Assembly: GCA_030141605.1 (NCBI GenBank)
Contig: JAQGDQ010000014.1
Location: 1,240,001 to 1,304,000 of the forward strand
From: Tubiluchus corallicola
Taxonomy: Eukaryota; Animalia; Priapulida
Length of the DNA stretch: 64,000 nt
Reading direction: 5' to 3'
The stretch's first letter is position 1. Each line of letters begins with the position of its first letter. The notes beneath the pieces are model-generated. The model did not search any database, was not told where the DNA came from, and saw only the letters and a list, made by a program, of their open reading frames with translations. Shown piece after piece: positions 1-14,600 of this stretch. The translations under genes and the position numbers were made by a program.

Positions 1-328
1 AGAAATTAAGACTTCAGCCGGATTCAGAAAAGCTCTTATGAACAATTTTCTTCACAAGTTTATGCAAACGGACATTCTTAGTTCCACGCACAGATTCATT
101 AAACTACTTTTCCTAAAAATCTTCTTAAATGTGAGGCTTGGAGCTTACATGCAAACAATTTTGCATGTTGTCATTAGCTTAAATGCTATAATTGGTGTAG
201 TGATGGAAGAAGAAGAGATTAATAATAGAAATTTAATGTGCAGATAACGTATTTTTTCCAATACATTAAAATTAGAAATTTTAGCATTTATGAATTGTAG
301 CCCGCACAGCACACCATAAGACTTGCAT

Positions 329-362
329 CTCTCTCTCTCTCTTTCTCCCTGTTTCTGTCTCT
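329..362. repeat. (CT)n microsatellite
   Basis: tctctctctctctctttctccctgtttctgtct. Confidence 0.8.
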
Positions 363-1927
363 GTCTTTCAGCCAAGCAACGAATCACACAAATTTGCAAC
401 AGCATTTAAGCGTAACTTGGTTCAATTTCATATATTCCTTAAAATAAAATTTACTTTATATATAATGCCTAGGAGAATTATATCAGGACAATTGAACATT
501 TCTCATATTTTTAAATTAACTAAAATTTATTAGACATTCTATGAAATGCCAAGGAAAACTATACTTAACATCTAAGAATTACATAGTTTGCCTAGAGAGA
601 CTTTTGCATTGTATATAATGTCTAAGAAAAGTGTAGAAGGAGCTGTTTTAGACACTTTACCTGGCTTATTTTGGCACTCTATAAAATGTCTAGGGCTCTA
701 GGCATTCTATAAAATACCCGATTTCACACTTTGCCTGTAACATATACATTATTTCAGTTGCCCGCCTGTCAGATGTCTGAAAAAGTATGAAGACAGAATT
801 TGATTGATACATTAAGTAAACAAAAACGTCATTATTCCGTACTGTTTCAGTACTTTCTAGTGCATTGTATTTTTTGTCATTTTCTTGCAAATATCTTGAT
901 AACGAGAAATGGAACTTTGAACAAAAAATAAAAAACTCCGCAATAAAAATCATTTTTTTCATTGTGTGATCTGCTATTTTTTATTTGTTATTTTGATTTC
1001 TTATTAATTGTCCATTATGATAGATGCAGTTGTTGCCAATTTTAGATAGCTTAACTTAAAATGATCAGTGCCAGACTTTTTACGACTTTGTTGAGTAACT
1101 TTGACTAATCATTTGTTGGTTAGTCTCATGCTGATTTATTTTAGGCTGGATTTATAATTACTGTTGTATTCATTTAGATGCTTCGATCATGCTGCCTTAG
1201 ATTCAAGAAAACACTAAAATTTTTAAGACAGGATTTATCGCTGAAAGTTGTCTGTTGAGCATTGAGGTGTTAATGTGGACTGCTTATATTCTTATCTTTT
1301 GTCATCTTGATTGATATAGGATATATGATAAAAATGTCTTATTATTTTATAAACTGAAGAAATGAAATCTCAATTTTTTTCAGAACTGATACCAGCTGGT
1401 AATGTATAACAAATTTCATTTAAGAAGCTAATAGATTAGCTAATTGTGGGATGTGATTTTTATCTATTTTATGCACGGTACATGTCATACTGAATGTATA
1501 ATTATGCGGCTTTTTTAGTTATAATTTAAGTAACATTCTGAGTTAAAGTCACAGGTAATGTACTAACAGTTACTCATGTTTCACTGCAGAAGATCTAATC
1601 TGGATCAAGTCCAACTTGGCAATTTATATTGCGAAAAGGGAATGAGTAAAACAATTTGCAAATCTATGCAACATTACAGAATAAGAAACAGTGTAAAAAC
1701 ATTACTCTGTAAAGCATATTTCTTATCTTGTGTTGTTTTTTGGCAAACAGTTTATTCTAAGTACAGGGATTGTATTGGCTACTAATATCTTAGTTCAGCC
1801 AAGATTATATTTGCCCACAAATAGCTAATTTATGTGCTTTTTTCTAAACTTAAAGTGTAAATACTGCATTGTTGCTGTTACATGAAAATGCCTCGTAGAA
1901 GATTAAAGTGCGAAGTGCGTGCGCACT

Positions 1928-1956
1928 ACACACCCCCCCCCACACACACACACACA
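1928..1956. repeat. poly-C/(CA)n microsatellite
   Basis: acacaccccccccccacacacacacacaca. Confidence 0.8.
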
Positions 1957-4206
1957 AACCATGTGTATAGTAAGCATTTTATAAATGTGTATGGACACTG
2001 CTGCTGTCACAATCAATTGTCTTAAAATTGTTATGTACCATAGGCTGAGATATATTTCAGTTAATTTATAGTATAAAGTGAATTAAATCTTTTGTCGACT
2101 AATATTCATTTGTTATTGATTGTAAAAGGTTCTGGTTTCTATACAGGATATGATACTTTATATGAAATGTTATATAAATATATATATATGCGATTTAGTC
2201 AGAGCCTGGTGTTATAATTACACGTATGTTTTAATACAATAACTATACTGCATTCTTTTTTTAAAGTGGAGTTATCTGCCTGTGCAGTTCCTCTCTAAAC
2301 AGCAAAGCATTGTAGATAACATAATAATTGTCATTTTATTTAAAAAGTGCAGAAAAGTGAACACGATCAACCAAAATTTTATTGTGCAGCAACACAAGAA
2401 AGGCAGTTAACGTTTAAAAAAAAATCTAATAAATACACAAGGCACATAAAAATGTAGCACCCGGTCTATGTGAACCCAGAAATTAATCATATCACTTATC
2501 AATAAGTATGCTATAAGGACGGAATAGAAACTATGGTACCATATACTTGATTTGAGGCCACAAGCAAACATTGCACAACAGCAAATCCAATAAATGCCAT
2601 AAGTTTCAACATTGCACAAAATTTCAGGTTTAGAACGTTGCTAAGTCATGCAACTTACAATACACTACACACTGAAAATAATTATGTATATTTCTCTCCT
2701 ATTACGGTTAAGTAGCTGATATGAATTACAAATTTAGGGACAACAAACTGGCAAACAGACGGATTAAGAAATTGTGTTGTGAGCCTCTTGTTTTTCGAGA
2801 TACTGTTCCCGAGCATTTAATTTCTTCACATAATAATGTATTTTACCTTTACAAGCAACAAAGCCTATGAGTTAAAAAAACATGAGTAGCACCAACATAT
2901 TACATTGCACAAAACATCACACTACTTTTATTGCTGCTATCCCAAGAAATTGAACTTAGGAATACAAAATAAGACAACACTGCAATTCAAAAATATTCAG
3001 AAGTTTGCAATCATTTGCAAAATGCACACAATTCATCAAGCAATTGGTCCCAGAATTTTAGCAAAGTTAAATAAAATTATGTCTTTCGACTGAGTAGAAG
3101 TACCATATTTTAAATGGGTCGAGAAATATGCAAAATTCAAATCACACATAACTAATCAACTATGAGCAGCAAATGACCATCATCTCTTTATAATATGCCA
3201 CAACTAATTTAGAGCGCCATATTTACTGGTGTCAACCTTTAACCCCTAACCCTTCAAGACCATATATATATATATGACATAGATAAAACCTCATAACAAC
3301 CATGTATGCACAATCAATGAAATTATGAAATTTTAGGTAGAACCTATTCGAAAATGAAAATCTGTTGAATTAACCACATGATAGCAGTGCAGAAACTTTG
3401 CAAACAAACCCCGGAAAATAAGTATACTAGGCATTTGTACATTCAGCAGGCTTCTTTAACATATTTAGTCCAGCATTTAATAAAGATTAACAAACTTTTT
3501 TAAGGATGATCCGAAGACCTAAAAACAAGAACAAAAAATCCTTTTCACATTGCGGAAATTCAAATGGCTGGTTTTCAAAATGCCTGCCTGTATACATGTG
3601 AGATATTCAGTTTACAAATGAATGCCAATGTATTATTAATTTATATAAACATGTACATTGATCACCAATAATTTATTGCATGTTTAAGTCCTTTTTGCAT
3701 GCTCCATGTCAGGAAAAGAGCTACTAAGTACAAGATGACTGTAAAAATAAGGTTAAAAGGGTTTGACATGCACAGGTTTCATCAGAGACAAGACTACTCC
3801 TGAAGCAACATAGCCGTTTTAACGGGATTAGTATAATAAAAGACACATCAACATTGTTAATTTAACTTGGTGTGTCACACATAACTACATTGAGAGTTTT
3901 CAAGGATGCAGAAGTTACTTAACATGACCATATTGATTGTAAAAATCAATGTTTATTTTACTAACACAAATAAATAGATTTAGTCCAGCTAAATGATTAG
4001 CAATTAAGAAAAAAGCTGGTCTATAAACTATTTAAAAATATGTTTTCAAAATCAGAGAGATCACATGGTGACAAATAACATCATGTGACTACTCTGTGGG
4101 AGAAAATGTGTGCTTCCTTTGCAAAAGAGACATTTCTTGCAGAAAATGTATTTGTTTGTAAATTGAATATCTATTCCTGTGGTGGCTTCAATTTCACCTC
4201 CTATGC

Positions 4207-4280
4207 CAATGATGTTACCAAATCACTGGTCTGAACTTCAATGATGTTACCAAATCACTGGTCTGAACTTCAATGATGTT
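4207..4280. repeat. 32-bp tandem duplication (2.3 copies)
   Basis: caatgatgttaccaaatcactggtctgaactt starts at 4207 and 4239; partial third copy at 4271. Confidence 0.9.
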
Positions 4281-4650
4281 CTGTACATTTAATGTTCACT
4301 TTCAATTACATGCTTTGTAAAGCGTAGCTTTCAAGTAAATTGAAAGTTTACATGCCCATGAGTGTAAAGATCAAAGTCAGCTATACTGCTATTTCCACAA
4401 GTGTTGTCTCATTGTAGGACTTGCATTATAATCAAATGGACACCTTATCGTCATCCAGACATCATCTACTGTATGCCTGTTCTTCCTTGTTATCTCATTT
4501 TGAAATTGAAATGCCTGGACTATAGAACCAAAACAGACAGAATATTAGTAAATTCATAATCACAGCTAAGCTATATAACATCAAGTAAAACATATACTAT
4601 ATATTAACAGCACATTAAGTGAAAGGAGTGGTGCTGTATATACAATGCAA

Positions 4651-4975
4651 TGCTAATCAGTGCAATGTTCTAAGAATCACAGGATTAAAAGTGAAATATT
4701 TGTCTCTTCTGTAGTTAATTTAATGAACTTAAAATTAGCAATGTAGATTATGTAGTGTGACACCATAAACGTTGTACAAAGATGTTATACATGAAGTGAA
4801 AACAGTCATGTTGCATTTATTAATTACAGAGCAGTGATAATCAGTGCAATGCTCTAAAAATCAAGGGAGTAGAAAATGAAACACTTTGTCACTTTTGTAA
4901 GTAATTCTAAATTTGTTAGATTCAAAATCAGCAATGTAGTGTTACTACATAAACATTAAAGATGTTTTATATTAT
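4651..4975. repeat. diverged ~184-bp tandem duplication
   Basis: taatcagtgcaatg(t/c)tctaa...agcaatgtag...cataaac.tt..aagatgtt occurs from about 4651 and about 4835. Confidence 0.7.
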
Positions 4976-5604
4976 ACATACATTAGTAAGCATTAGTATC
5001 ATATTAGGTAAATCCTGGACATTAGAGAACACAAAAAGTGAGAAAAATGCACCATGCCAGTTACATAAAAATTTGATATAACAAGTAGCAAACATAATCT
5101 ACAACAAAGAGAAAACAAAAAAAGAAATGATGAATGAGTTATAGTTGAGCTGACACAATTAAACTCTCAGAACTTCCTAGAAAAATATCTTTGAAAAATT
5201 ATTAAAAAACTGTAAGAGGCGTCATGACGGACAATTCTTGACTTGGATAACTGTAATTCTAGAAGAAAGCTAACATACAAGTAGTGGAAAAAGATAGAAA
5301 TTTATACAAAAAGGTGCCAAGTTTTTGCAGACATATGTTATTTTATAATCTCAGCTATACCAAGGCCATGTTGAAGTGATGTCAATGATACATCACTTCA
5401 GCAGATTCTTTGCTAACTCACTATTTTATTGATATTTTGACTTATAAGAAGTGGTCGTCATAATGCGCAGTCTTTTTCAAACTGTCATTATATGAAAAAC
5501 GGCGCTCAGAATTCTAATCTGACATCTCGATTTGTCTCTTTTTTCAACTCTTAGTTTGGCTGTTCCTTCGATAATCTCAATGATTTTTCTTGTACTTGGT
5601 CACT

Positions 5605-8600
5605 TTAGTCTATCTCTATGTCCTTGCTTGTATCTACAGGAGTAGAAGGAGAATCTGGAATAGATGCTTCAGTCACAAGGGCCTGTAAAATACCAAACAG
5701 ATATAATGAGATAATCAAAAATTGAAAAAAAGTTTTCATTCATCAACAAAGTACTATAAACCATCTAAGACACCTATTCACATTGGTTTCTAGCAGATAA
5801 TTAAAACCACGACCAAGTTTCATAAACACTGCGTGAGAAAGATTTTAAATAAGTGCCAGAAATACAATATATCATCACAGTGAATTCCTGTATACTTGTT
5901 ATTACACTGAAATACGTTTAAAAAACAACTACATAAACATGTTGTGATACATATAAGAATGATAATTGAACAACTAGCATAGCAATGGTGAATACACAAA
6001 AATATAAAAATGCAACATTTATTATTGTGTGGATAAAAGGAACACTTGAGAAGTCATGACATATGGTTCATCACAAAGTGGAATTTTTCTCTGCACTTGA
6101 AAGTCTAATCTTAGAAAGCTATCTGTGATTAAATTTGTGATAGGTTCTGATCTCACTACAACTATTTGCATTAAACAGAATAGTGTTGATGAGCACATAA
6201 TTCTAACTTAGCATGACCACAAGTGCAAAACAGTGAGTAATTTATTTATACGGCTCCATCTATGTATGCCTTATACTATTTCAAGTTATTCACGTCAAGA
6301 CTAAGATGTGAGACAGCTCTCCTGAGACTTATCATCTTTAACATAAAAAACGTAAAGCACTTTATAGCCTCAATGATTATATATTGTTTCAGAAGCTGTT
6401 TCTGAAACAATATATAACCATTGAGAGTATAAAGGGTATTGTAGTGTCACACCATGTTTCAAAATAAATCTAATTTTGGAACAAGTGCTCTCGTGAGCTC
6501 AATGTTATTTTACAATAAAACTTTAAAATTATTCCTGCAATTTTGTCTATGACTGTACCATCTACAAGTATGTCTATGACTGTACTATCTTTTAAAACAT
6601 TTACCCATCCTAGTTTATCTTCCACATATTGCGTGCAGTAGTCTTTCAAACGTTGAGCAGCGTTTGTGCCATATCCCACAAGCATAATACCAAACCGTGT
6701 CAAGCCAAACAACAACGGCAATTTGTATTCTTTAGCATCAGCTCTGTCAGTGGTCTAAAATAAAGAATACAAGCAATAAACTGACAAGATGAGAACACAT
6801 AAGAGTTAAAAGAAGGTCTGACGCATTGCAGTTTAAATAAAACTCTCAGCCTTGTTTCATTTCCAAACTTCCTAATAAAATGCTCCGCTAACAGCTTAGC
6901 TTAGCTTAGTTAATAAAAGTAGATTTTTTAAAATAACTAAAAGAAATATTTACCCGTTGCGCAGCTTGCTGGAACTGGGAATAATTTAGATTTCCTAAAA
7001 GATCGAGCACCTCATTTGGAGATATCACTTTCTGTAAATTTAATAAAGTAAAAACAGCAAATACCTAACTGTTCAGTTTATTATTATTAGCAAAAAATGA
7101 CTAATCTGAATTGACAAATAAATAAAGTTTGAAGAAAGCTCACAAGGTGAAAAAATAGGTTAGGTTCGGTTATGCTACATTATAGCACATTTACCAGTAA
7201 CAGTCATGCTACCAATGACAGCACAACTGTTAAAAGCTGAAAGTAGTAAGATTTACTAAGCTACAATGTAGCAAAAAATTGTCATGGCTTACAGTGAGGT
7301 CATCTGTTGCACATTTTTCCACAAACCACGCGGCAATTTCCTTCTCCAGTGAACTTGGACCATCAGTCCGACCAGCTGCAGAAAACGTTTGAAAAATAAA
7401 TAGAAATGAACTACGTAAGTTAACCCAAGCATTAATTAATAAATATGTTCTGCGAAAAGTTCCGAAAATATCCGAAAAGTTCATACAACAATGCACTTAA
7501 ATAATCATGCAATCATGCAATGGTCTTATAAAACTAATCTGCCAAAGCAAAAATGTTTTGAGTTGCTAGCAACTAAAATGTCATCATTTAAAAACATTTT
7601 GAGTGTATGAGCAGTAAGATGGGTATATCAAATCCTTAGACATTTTTGTTTAGAATTACTCAGTGTTGCTGTTTACAAAGAGCAACAAATTCTCATAAGA
7701 GTCCTTTAAGCATTGTGCAAAACCAATAAATCTACATGAAAAGCTGCTTTTAAATTTTGAAGGGTTTATACAAAAGTTTTATACCTGCAACTAGTGATGT
7801 AAAAAGTTTTATTTTTAGCCATATGACCAATGAATATTGATGATACACTTGATGCTAACAACAATGAGCAGTTAATAATCACTGAGGCCATGTCACTCTC
7901 ATTAATGACTGCCATTGTTTAATAAGGCCTGCTTCTTTGTGTTCTTTAAATTCTGAACGTTAAAGTCCAGAAAATGCCTCCTGTGTCAATTATAATGAAC
8001 ATTAACGAAAAGTAAAAAATGTGCTCCTTCAGTTACTCAAATTTGTTCATTTTATCCAACTAGATCATAGAGAGAATAGAGAATAGCCTAAATGGGCCAA
8101 TGGATGCGGAATTCGTTTCAGTACATTTTTGTAAAGTTTCATGACAATAAACAGCAAATTACCAGAGCCTTAGGCTCAAAAAGCAGAATCATTAGTCAAT
8201 GAGGAATTTGTTCTAGTACATTCTTGTAAAGCTTCGTGGAAATCTGTTGCGAAGTGACTTTGTCTCAGATGTGTAATAATGTCTAAATATTCTTATTTTT
8301 CTATGCTACCAACAAACTGAAATTCATACTTGCAATTTCGAAATAAATAGTGATAATAATGTATTTATATTATGTTATGTTATGTTGCGTTACATTATAT
8401 TATTATAATTTAATAAAAGCTATATAAAATTTGTTGATAGATGTTCGATATTTATCAAAATGGACATATAGAAATTTGAACCACCATTACATAAGCATAA
8501 CAATTAGAACAGCAGCAGAAAAACAGGACACATTAAATTATCTATGAAACATTTACAAGAGACACAATCCACTTACACAAGAATATAGTGACATAAGCCT

Positions 8601-11600
8601 ACAAATCACACAGCAATTAATTCATACGGGCAAATGATAAATATTACAACAATATTACGTAAATAGAGGTGCATTTTTAACTTTCAACAGACTTATATAG
8701 ACAATAATCGGTTCTTAACATGAAAGTGGTTGCAGAAAAAGTGAACGCTATCATATACCTTCTCGATAGGCAGGTTCTAACTGCTGTCGTTCTTTAAGCT
8801 GTTTCATAACTTCTGTGTATTTCAGTTGCAGCATTTCCATATCTCGACTTGATCGAGGCGACATGTCTCCGTGTGTGTGCTAAAGCAAAAAATTACAAGC
8901 TGAAAAAAACACTTAACAGATTTGGGACATAAATATGTGAGCCAGTGCCTTTCAATGGTTCTTATATCTTACCCATAAAATCAATGACTATAAAGTTACA
9001 AGGTATTGGCAACATCTGAAGTGCAATCTAGATGCTTGATCTTTCAATAATCATTACAATTTATAGCTAATAATCACCAAAATATTATCAGGAAAATCAC
9101 TACTAAGTTAAATAAATAAAAAACCTTACTTCTTTTAGAATAAACTCATTCAATTTCTCTGCTATCTGTTCAGCATAAAGCTTCTGCTCACTGTGAGTTT
9201 TCTCACTGAACTTATCACCTTCCTCAAAAATTTCTCGAACAGGAGAAATCTTGAGTGTTTCTGGTCTTGGAATTGGAATGGGTTCTGCAGGAGTTACCAC
9301 CTAAAATATAGTGAACAATGCAAGGCAAATGACAGAATCAAATAGTAAGTCCTGTTAAGTTTCAGACAAAATTTCAGTTTGAGTTTGAATTTTCAACTCC
9401 AGCTCTTTAAAATTGTATCACAACCACTGAAACTAAAAATTAGACTTGTTTTAAATACTGAGAAATCGTGCAGCAAAAATGACAGAATTGGTAAGTCTAC
9501 GTCAATAAACTAACATAAGAACATATCACAGCTTTATTTGTGTGAACAAAAGTAGTTTGACATGAAATCAAAAATACAGAACTTTTATTAGCTAAAAATA
9601 ATCCCAGAATTGAAGTGCACAATTCAACAATACATATGAACGCCAAGTTAAATACACAAGTTTGAATGGCAGTGAAGTTGCATTCACAGCAGGCTTGTGA
9701 ACAGTATGAATTGCAAACCCCACCAGCAATAAATAAGAATGAGACAGTTGTTAGAATGTAGCTTATTCTGATTTGTGATGACTATAATATTGTATTGTAT
9801 TGTCTATAATAACTGATAAATTTTTCTTAAATTGGGCACCAAACCAGCAACAACAATTGTCTTGCAACAAAAATTCAACTTCACTAATTTATCCTAGATT
9901 AGGTTATAATAATATGATTTAAATATATAATATTGTTTGCTCAAACTCAGAGTTAAATTGAAAAAACCCTGATTTACAATTTCATAAGAACAAAAATATT
10001 CACAAAATTATTTTCCGATCACTTGTCTCAACCTCGTGCTACTTGTTTAAATTCTGTTTCAGTGTACTGAATTATGACAATGCCTTTTGAGTGAAATAAA
10101 CAACAGTAACAACGTATCACTTAAATAAAAATTTTTTTTGGAGAATCTCAATTTTTTGAAAAAATTGTGAGACACCCAAACAGACAAAGAAGTTTCTAAA
10201 ATTTATTTTAATCACCAAAGCTGGTGGATCACAATTTGAGGTAATGAAGAATTCACCTGTCGTTCGTTAATTCCACCCACGGAGCGCAGTGATCCCGAGG
10301 AAACACGTCTTTCCATCACAATTCTGGGATTAACCCCATCACCCTCCTGTAATATGCAGTCTAAACCTTGTGAACTATGTACCCTGTTTATCACATCTAC
10401 TAAACCTTTGGGAGTGGTGACATTTTCATTCGAATCCAATGCCATGTCAGCCGATTCTTAAACCAAGAAAAACGGTTATATAGTTCCAGTAAAATACATG
10501 CATTTCTGATTATTATATTCAAGTAGTAGCATAAACTGTAAACTATGAGTAGACTTCATAACATTACCTGAATTGAAATATACCTATTTAAGAAAGCTAA
10601 AAGGTAAATGTTTTATCATACAGGAAATATATTACATATCAATTATAAGTAAGCTCATAAACAATAGAAGTTTTTTACACCACATCTAGGCTTATTAAAA
10701 TAATTCTTTTTACTGTAAAAAAAGTTCAACATTCAAGGCGCATAACAAAAATATGGTGAAAGCTAGACTTATTAATACTCAACATAGCTTTCACAAAATA
10801 AATACGGCTGACTTTAATTGCCATACGCATACTTTACCTATGACCAGTGCTGCTAGAAAAGTATATGTTTGTGCATAAAGACTTGAAAAAAAGAAGTACC
10901 ATTAGAACATAAAAAGCATTTTCCACTATCTTATTTTAACTTTATTAAATGCTGGCATCTCGAAGCTTAGTAAAATCATTTAAACATAGGCTTATACATT
11001 ACTTACTATGCCGTCTGCGGCCTGCAGAGTGTACGCTAGGAAGATGACCACCCCATTGCACCACAGCTTCCTTTTCTGTGCTTTCAGAAAAAATCGTTTG
11101 AGGTTTTTCTTCATTCTCGCTCGTCTCTGTAAAATGCAAATCTAAGATTTTAAAACAATCAGCATGCTCACCTGAATGTATGAAGTTGTCACCTTTCCCT
11201 ATAAAAGCAGCTTAGCAGTTTCCTATCAAGCAATAGTTGAAATTTCCAAGGCAATATTAACAAATCAAGACACTTAACTGAAAGAGTTATGGGAAGTTAA
11301 GCCACAGAGTTTGAACTTTTCATTTTATAAAATTTTAATAAATTTTATGAAATTTAAACAATACACAAAATTTATACACAGTTAATACTTTGAACTGCAC
11401 CTTACAATAGATGTACAATTAAAACAGTTTTTAAATTCTTAATAACAAGAATAGTATGAGTGAATTTTATACTTTTACTAAAATACTTTGAATTGCACTT
11501 TACAACAGATACACAATTAAAATAGAGTTTTTAAAATCTTAATAACAAGACCAGTATGAGTGAGTTTTATACTTTTGTTAAAAAAGTGGACATTTCAACT

Positions 11601-14600
11601 GCAAACAAGCTAGTTGTGTGCAGTTGAAACGTTGACTTTTTTAAATGAATTGTATTGTAGGTTGTTTATCAAACCAAAACAATTAAGATCTTGCCACCTG
11701 CCAACCTAAATTGAAACTTAGAAAATTGTCACGATAAATGAAAACTACAATTTTGCTTTCAATTCTCAATTAATCAAGCTTTGCACCTTTGTGGTTGATA
11801 TGAGCAGTTTTGGACTTCGATTTTCTCCGAAGGAAGGAAAATTTTGACTTCCTGTTTCTGGGTTTACTAAAAGCACTATTCGTCATTTCAGAACGGGTTT
11901 CTGTATCATCACAGTGAGATTTCTGGCGAAAAGAGTGTTTGATGCGGCTAATAACACCTTTCTTATGTTTCTGCAAGAAATAAAAAAGCATTATGAATTA
12001 TATGCTCTTTCCTGCAAACATTTAAATTATTACATTAATTAGTTTTTAAAGTTAAGTAATGCTAGTCTTGTTGCCTACTTGGATAGGAGAAACATGTGGC
12101 TGACTGAAATAAAACGTGTGACACAGAGGATGAAAACTGTTTTTCCTCTTCTAAATTCTACATTATTTTTTCACTCCTATTCCAAACCTGACAACCTTTT
12201 GTTGCATCTATTCTATTTTACAGATGTTACCTTTTGTGTGGGAGTCCCAAACCTGTGAGGCACATTTGCACTTGAGTCTGATTATTGTTTTGCAGCATGC
12301 ATCTTTGATCTTGTGTTGCTTAAGGATTCATTTGGCATTCTTGTGATGTTATTTATATTTGTGTTCCAGCTAATATGAAGCCAGTTACTCCAAGGTATTT
12401 CCTGATTTCCACTTTTTTTAAATACTTGCAATGTAAGGTGCAGGCAGACGGTACTGGTTTGGTTTTGATGGTGACTGTGATTTTGAAATGTTACACTGCA
12501 CAAGCCAGGTTCTCTCCCAGTGATGTTTTCTTGATGAAGACATTTAAGTCACCTAAGCTGATTTTTTATAGGCCAGGCTATGAATATTCTGACTGTAGAT
12601 GAAATTTTATCTGAAATATCCTTGACGAACACCAAGAATAGACTGAAGACAATGTCTTGTACATCTGTAGCTATGCCAGACTAGTTTATTCCACAATAGT
12701 AGCTTAAGCATTTGCTGCCAAAATACACCTGAATCCATGCAAGTAAAAAAATATGACAAAAAGCTGTTTCTAGAAAGTGCTGCACCCTTTACAAATAATT
12801 TACTGTAGAGAAATTCAAATTTTTCACACCGTAGAAATCTAGCCATACACATACGCATGTACGAAGAACAATTTGTTACCTTTGTCGCATTACAGTCACC
12901 TGATTCACCCGATTTAGCTGTTGAAATCTATTTCACTGATTAAGTACCACTTTTCTGTGGCCATTTTTAAATGTTAGTGTTGAACGGAAAGTCACAAACT
13001 GTGAAACTGCTAGCATTGGTTATTTCTTTATGAAAGCAGCACAGAATGATTTGGTACCATTTTTAGCATTGAACACTTTCCATTACTTATTTGCCACATT
13101 TCTGCAGCCATCTTCAAACATTGGTAACATATTTCTAAACTAAAATTGAAAAAGTATGTTAAAACTTTTTGATAGTTTATTATTTGAAACTTACTTCTTA
13201 TTGATGGAGTAAGGCTACCCCCGGTGAGCCAGAACTTTGTTACTGTGCCAAAATCAAACAATGCGTGTTGAGATTTTATCAGTTTTACCTTTATCATCTG
13301 AAAGGTTAGCTCAAAGGAATTTTTACTAATTATGCTATTGTAGTTACTGCCTTTACTGTGTTGCTGCACCACATGAAACAGATTCATTTTACAATTGCCA
13401 ATTAGTAGATAAAACATTCCATGTACAAAACTAATAAAGATTTATAAGCTAACACTAGAAAAATGTTAGATTTCTACACAAGCCACTGCAAACCAAAGAA
13501 CACAGATCTGTGAATGGAAGAAAACACTAATTGTTTTTAAGTTGAAGCTGCCAAAAAATTTATGGTATGGTACTAAATAACAGGCATTACAGCCACCACA
13601 TACAAGCACAAAAATGCACTGGAAATTTGGAGAAGCTGCACATTTATTTCACAACAGAAAGGAAATAAAAAGTAAGCCAACAGGTGCCCGTAAGTAAATA
13701 AACTGATGATGGTTTCTTGAAATATCCCTGATAGCTAAACTAAATTGTTCCAGGAAGAAACCGAACAAACGAAAAATATATACGTGTTAAATCCTGGAAT
13801 TGAACTGAGACAATTTGCATTGTATGTTAACAGCTGATGCTAACAGTGGTTTTATTTACAGAACTTTGTAAGTTTAACATTTTACCATGACTGTGTAACA
13901 AGAACTGCAAACAAAATAATGAAGGTCTCGTGTCTTATCATTTTTGTAAATCATGGTGGTGGCTATTAATTCTCAAATTCCATTTAACTGTTCGTAAAAT
14001 GAATTCATCAAACGTTTAAAACTTTCATTCTTCACAAGCTCCACTGAAATGTTCATAAAAATGAATTGCAAATTTTTCATTGGTCTTGTTCTTCAGTCTG
14101 AGTCTGTTGGTCTTGCGACACCATATATTTAGTTGCTTGGCTTTTTGTTGTTGCACAGGCAGAGGCCTGGAATCAGACGGCACACTCTCCAGGTAAGGGA
14201 AACTGTGCTTTTACATGGCCAGACAGCCCCAATTAGAGGTCACATACCCAAAGGGAATGGGCTAGTCTTCATTTTTTTGTTACAAAGGCTGTCAGTTTGA
14301 AATATGACTGTTTGCCAGCACGTGGTGCCAGGTTCCTGTGCGCAGCTATATATGAATAATATGATTATTTACCAGCAGGTGGTGCCGACTTTCTGTGCAC
14401 AGCTGTATTTGAATAATATGTGTGAAGGAAAATTTTTTGCTAGGGGACATAAGGCAAAAACGGGTTACCCACTTTGTTGATCGTGTATGCATAGTGGGCA
14501 ACAAACACGAAATAACAAGGCACGCTCCCCACGTAAGAAGAACTATGTTTACACGTGATCCATATAATGCTGGGTCAAAGTCACTGAGTGGGTAGATTAT

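Noticed and set aside
1-250. ORF 38-247
   Set aside because: No recognisable domain, and the region is cut by the window edge.
4370-4519. Alternative last exon of the Bcl-2-family gene after the acceptor at 4520
   Set aside because: It gives only SRHFNFKMR* in phase 0; nothing supports it beyond the acceptor-like sequence.
12230-14200. Possible decayed DNA transposase (…FYE/NISVELVKNESFKRLM…, faintly hAT-like)
   Set aside because: Only one weak motif across a frameshift; no catalytic motifs or TIRs identified.
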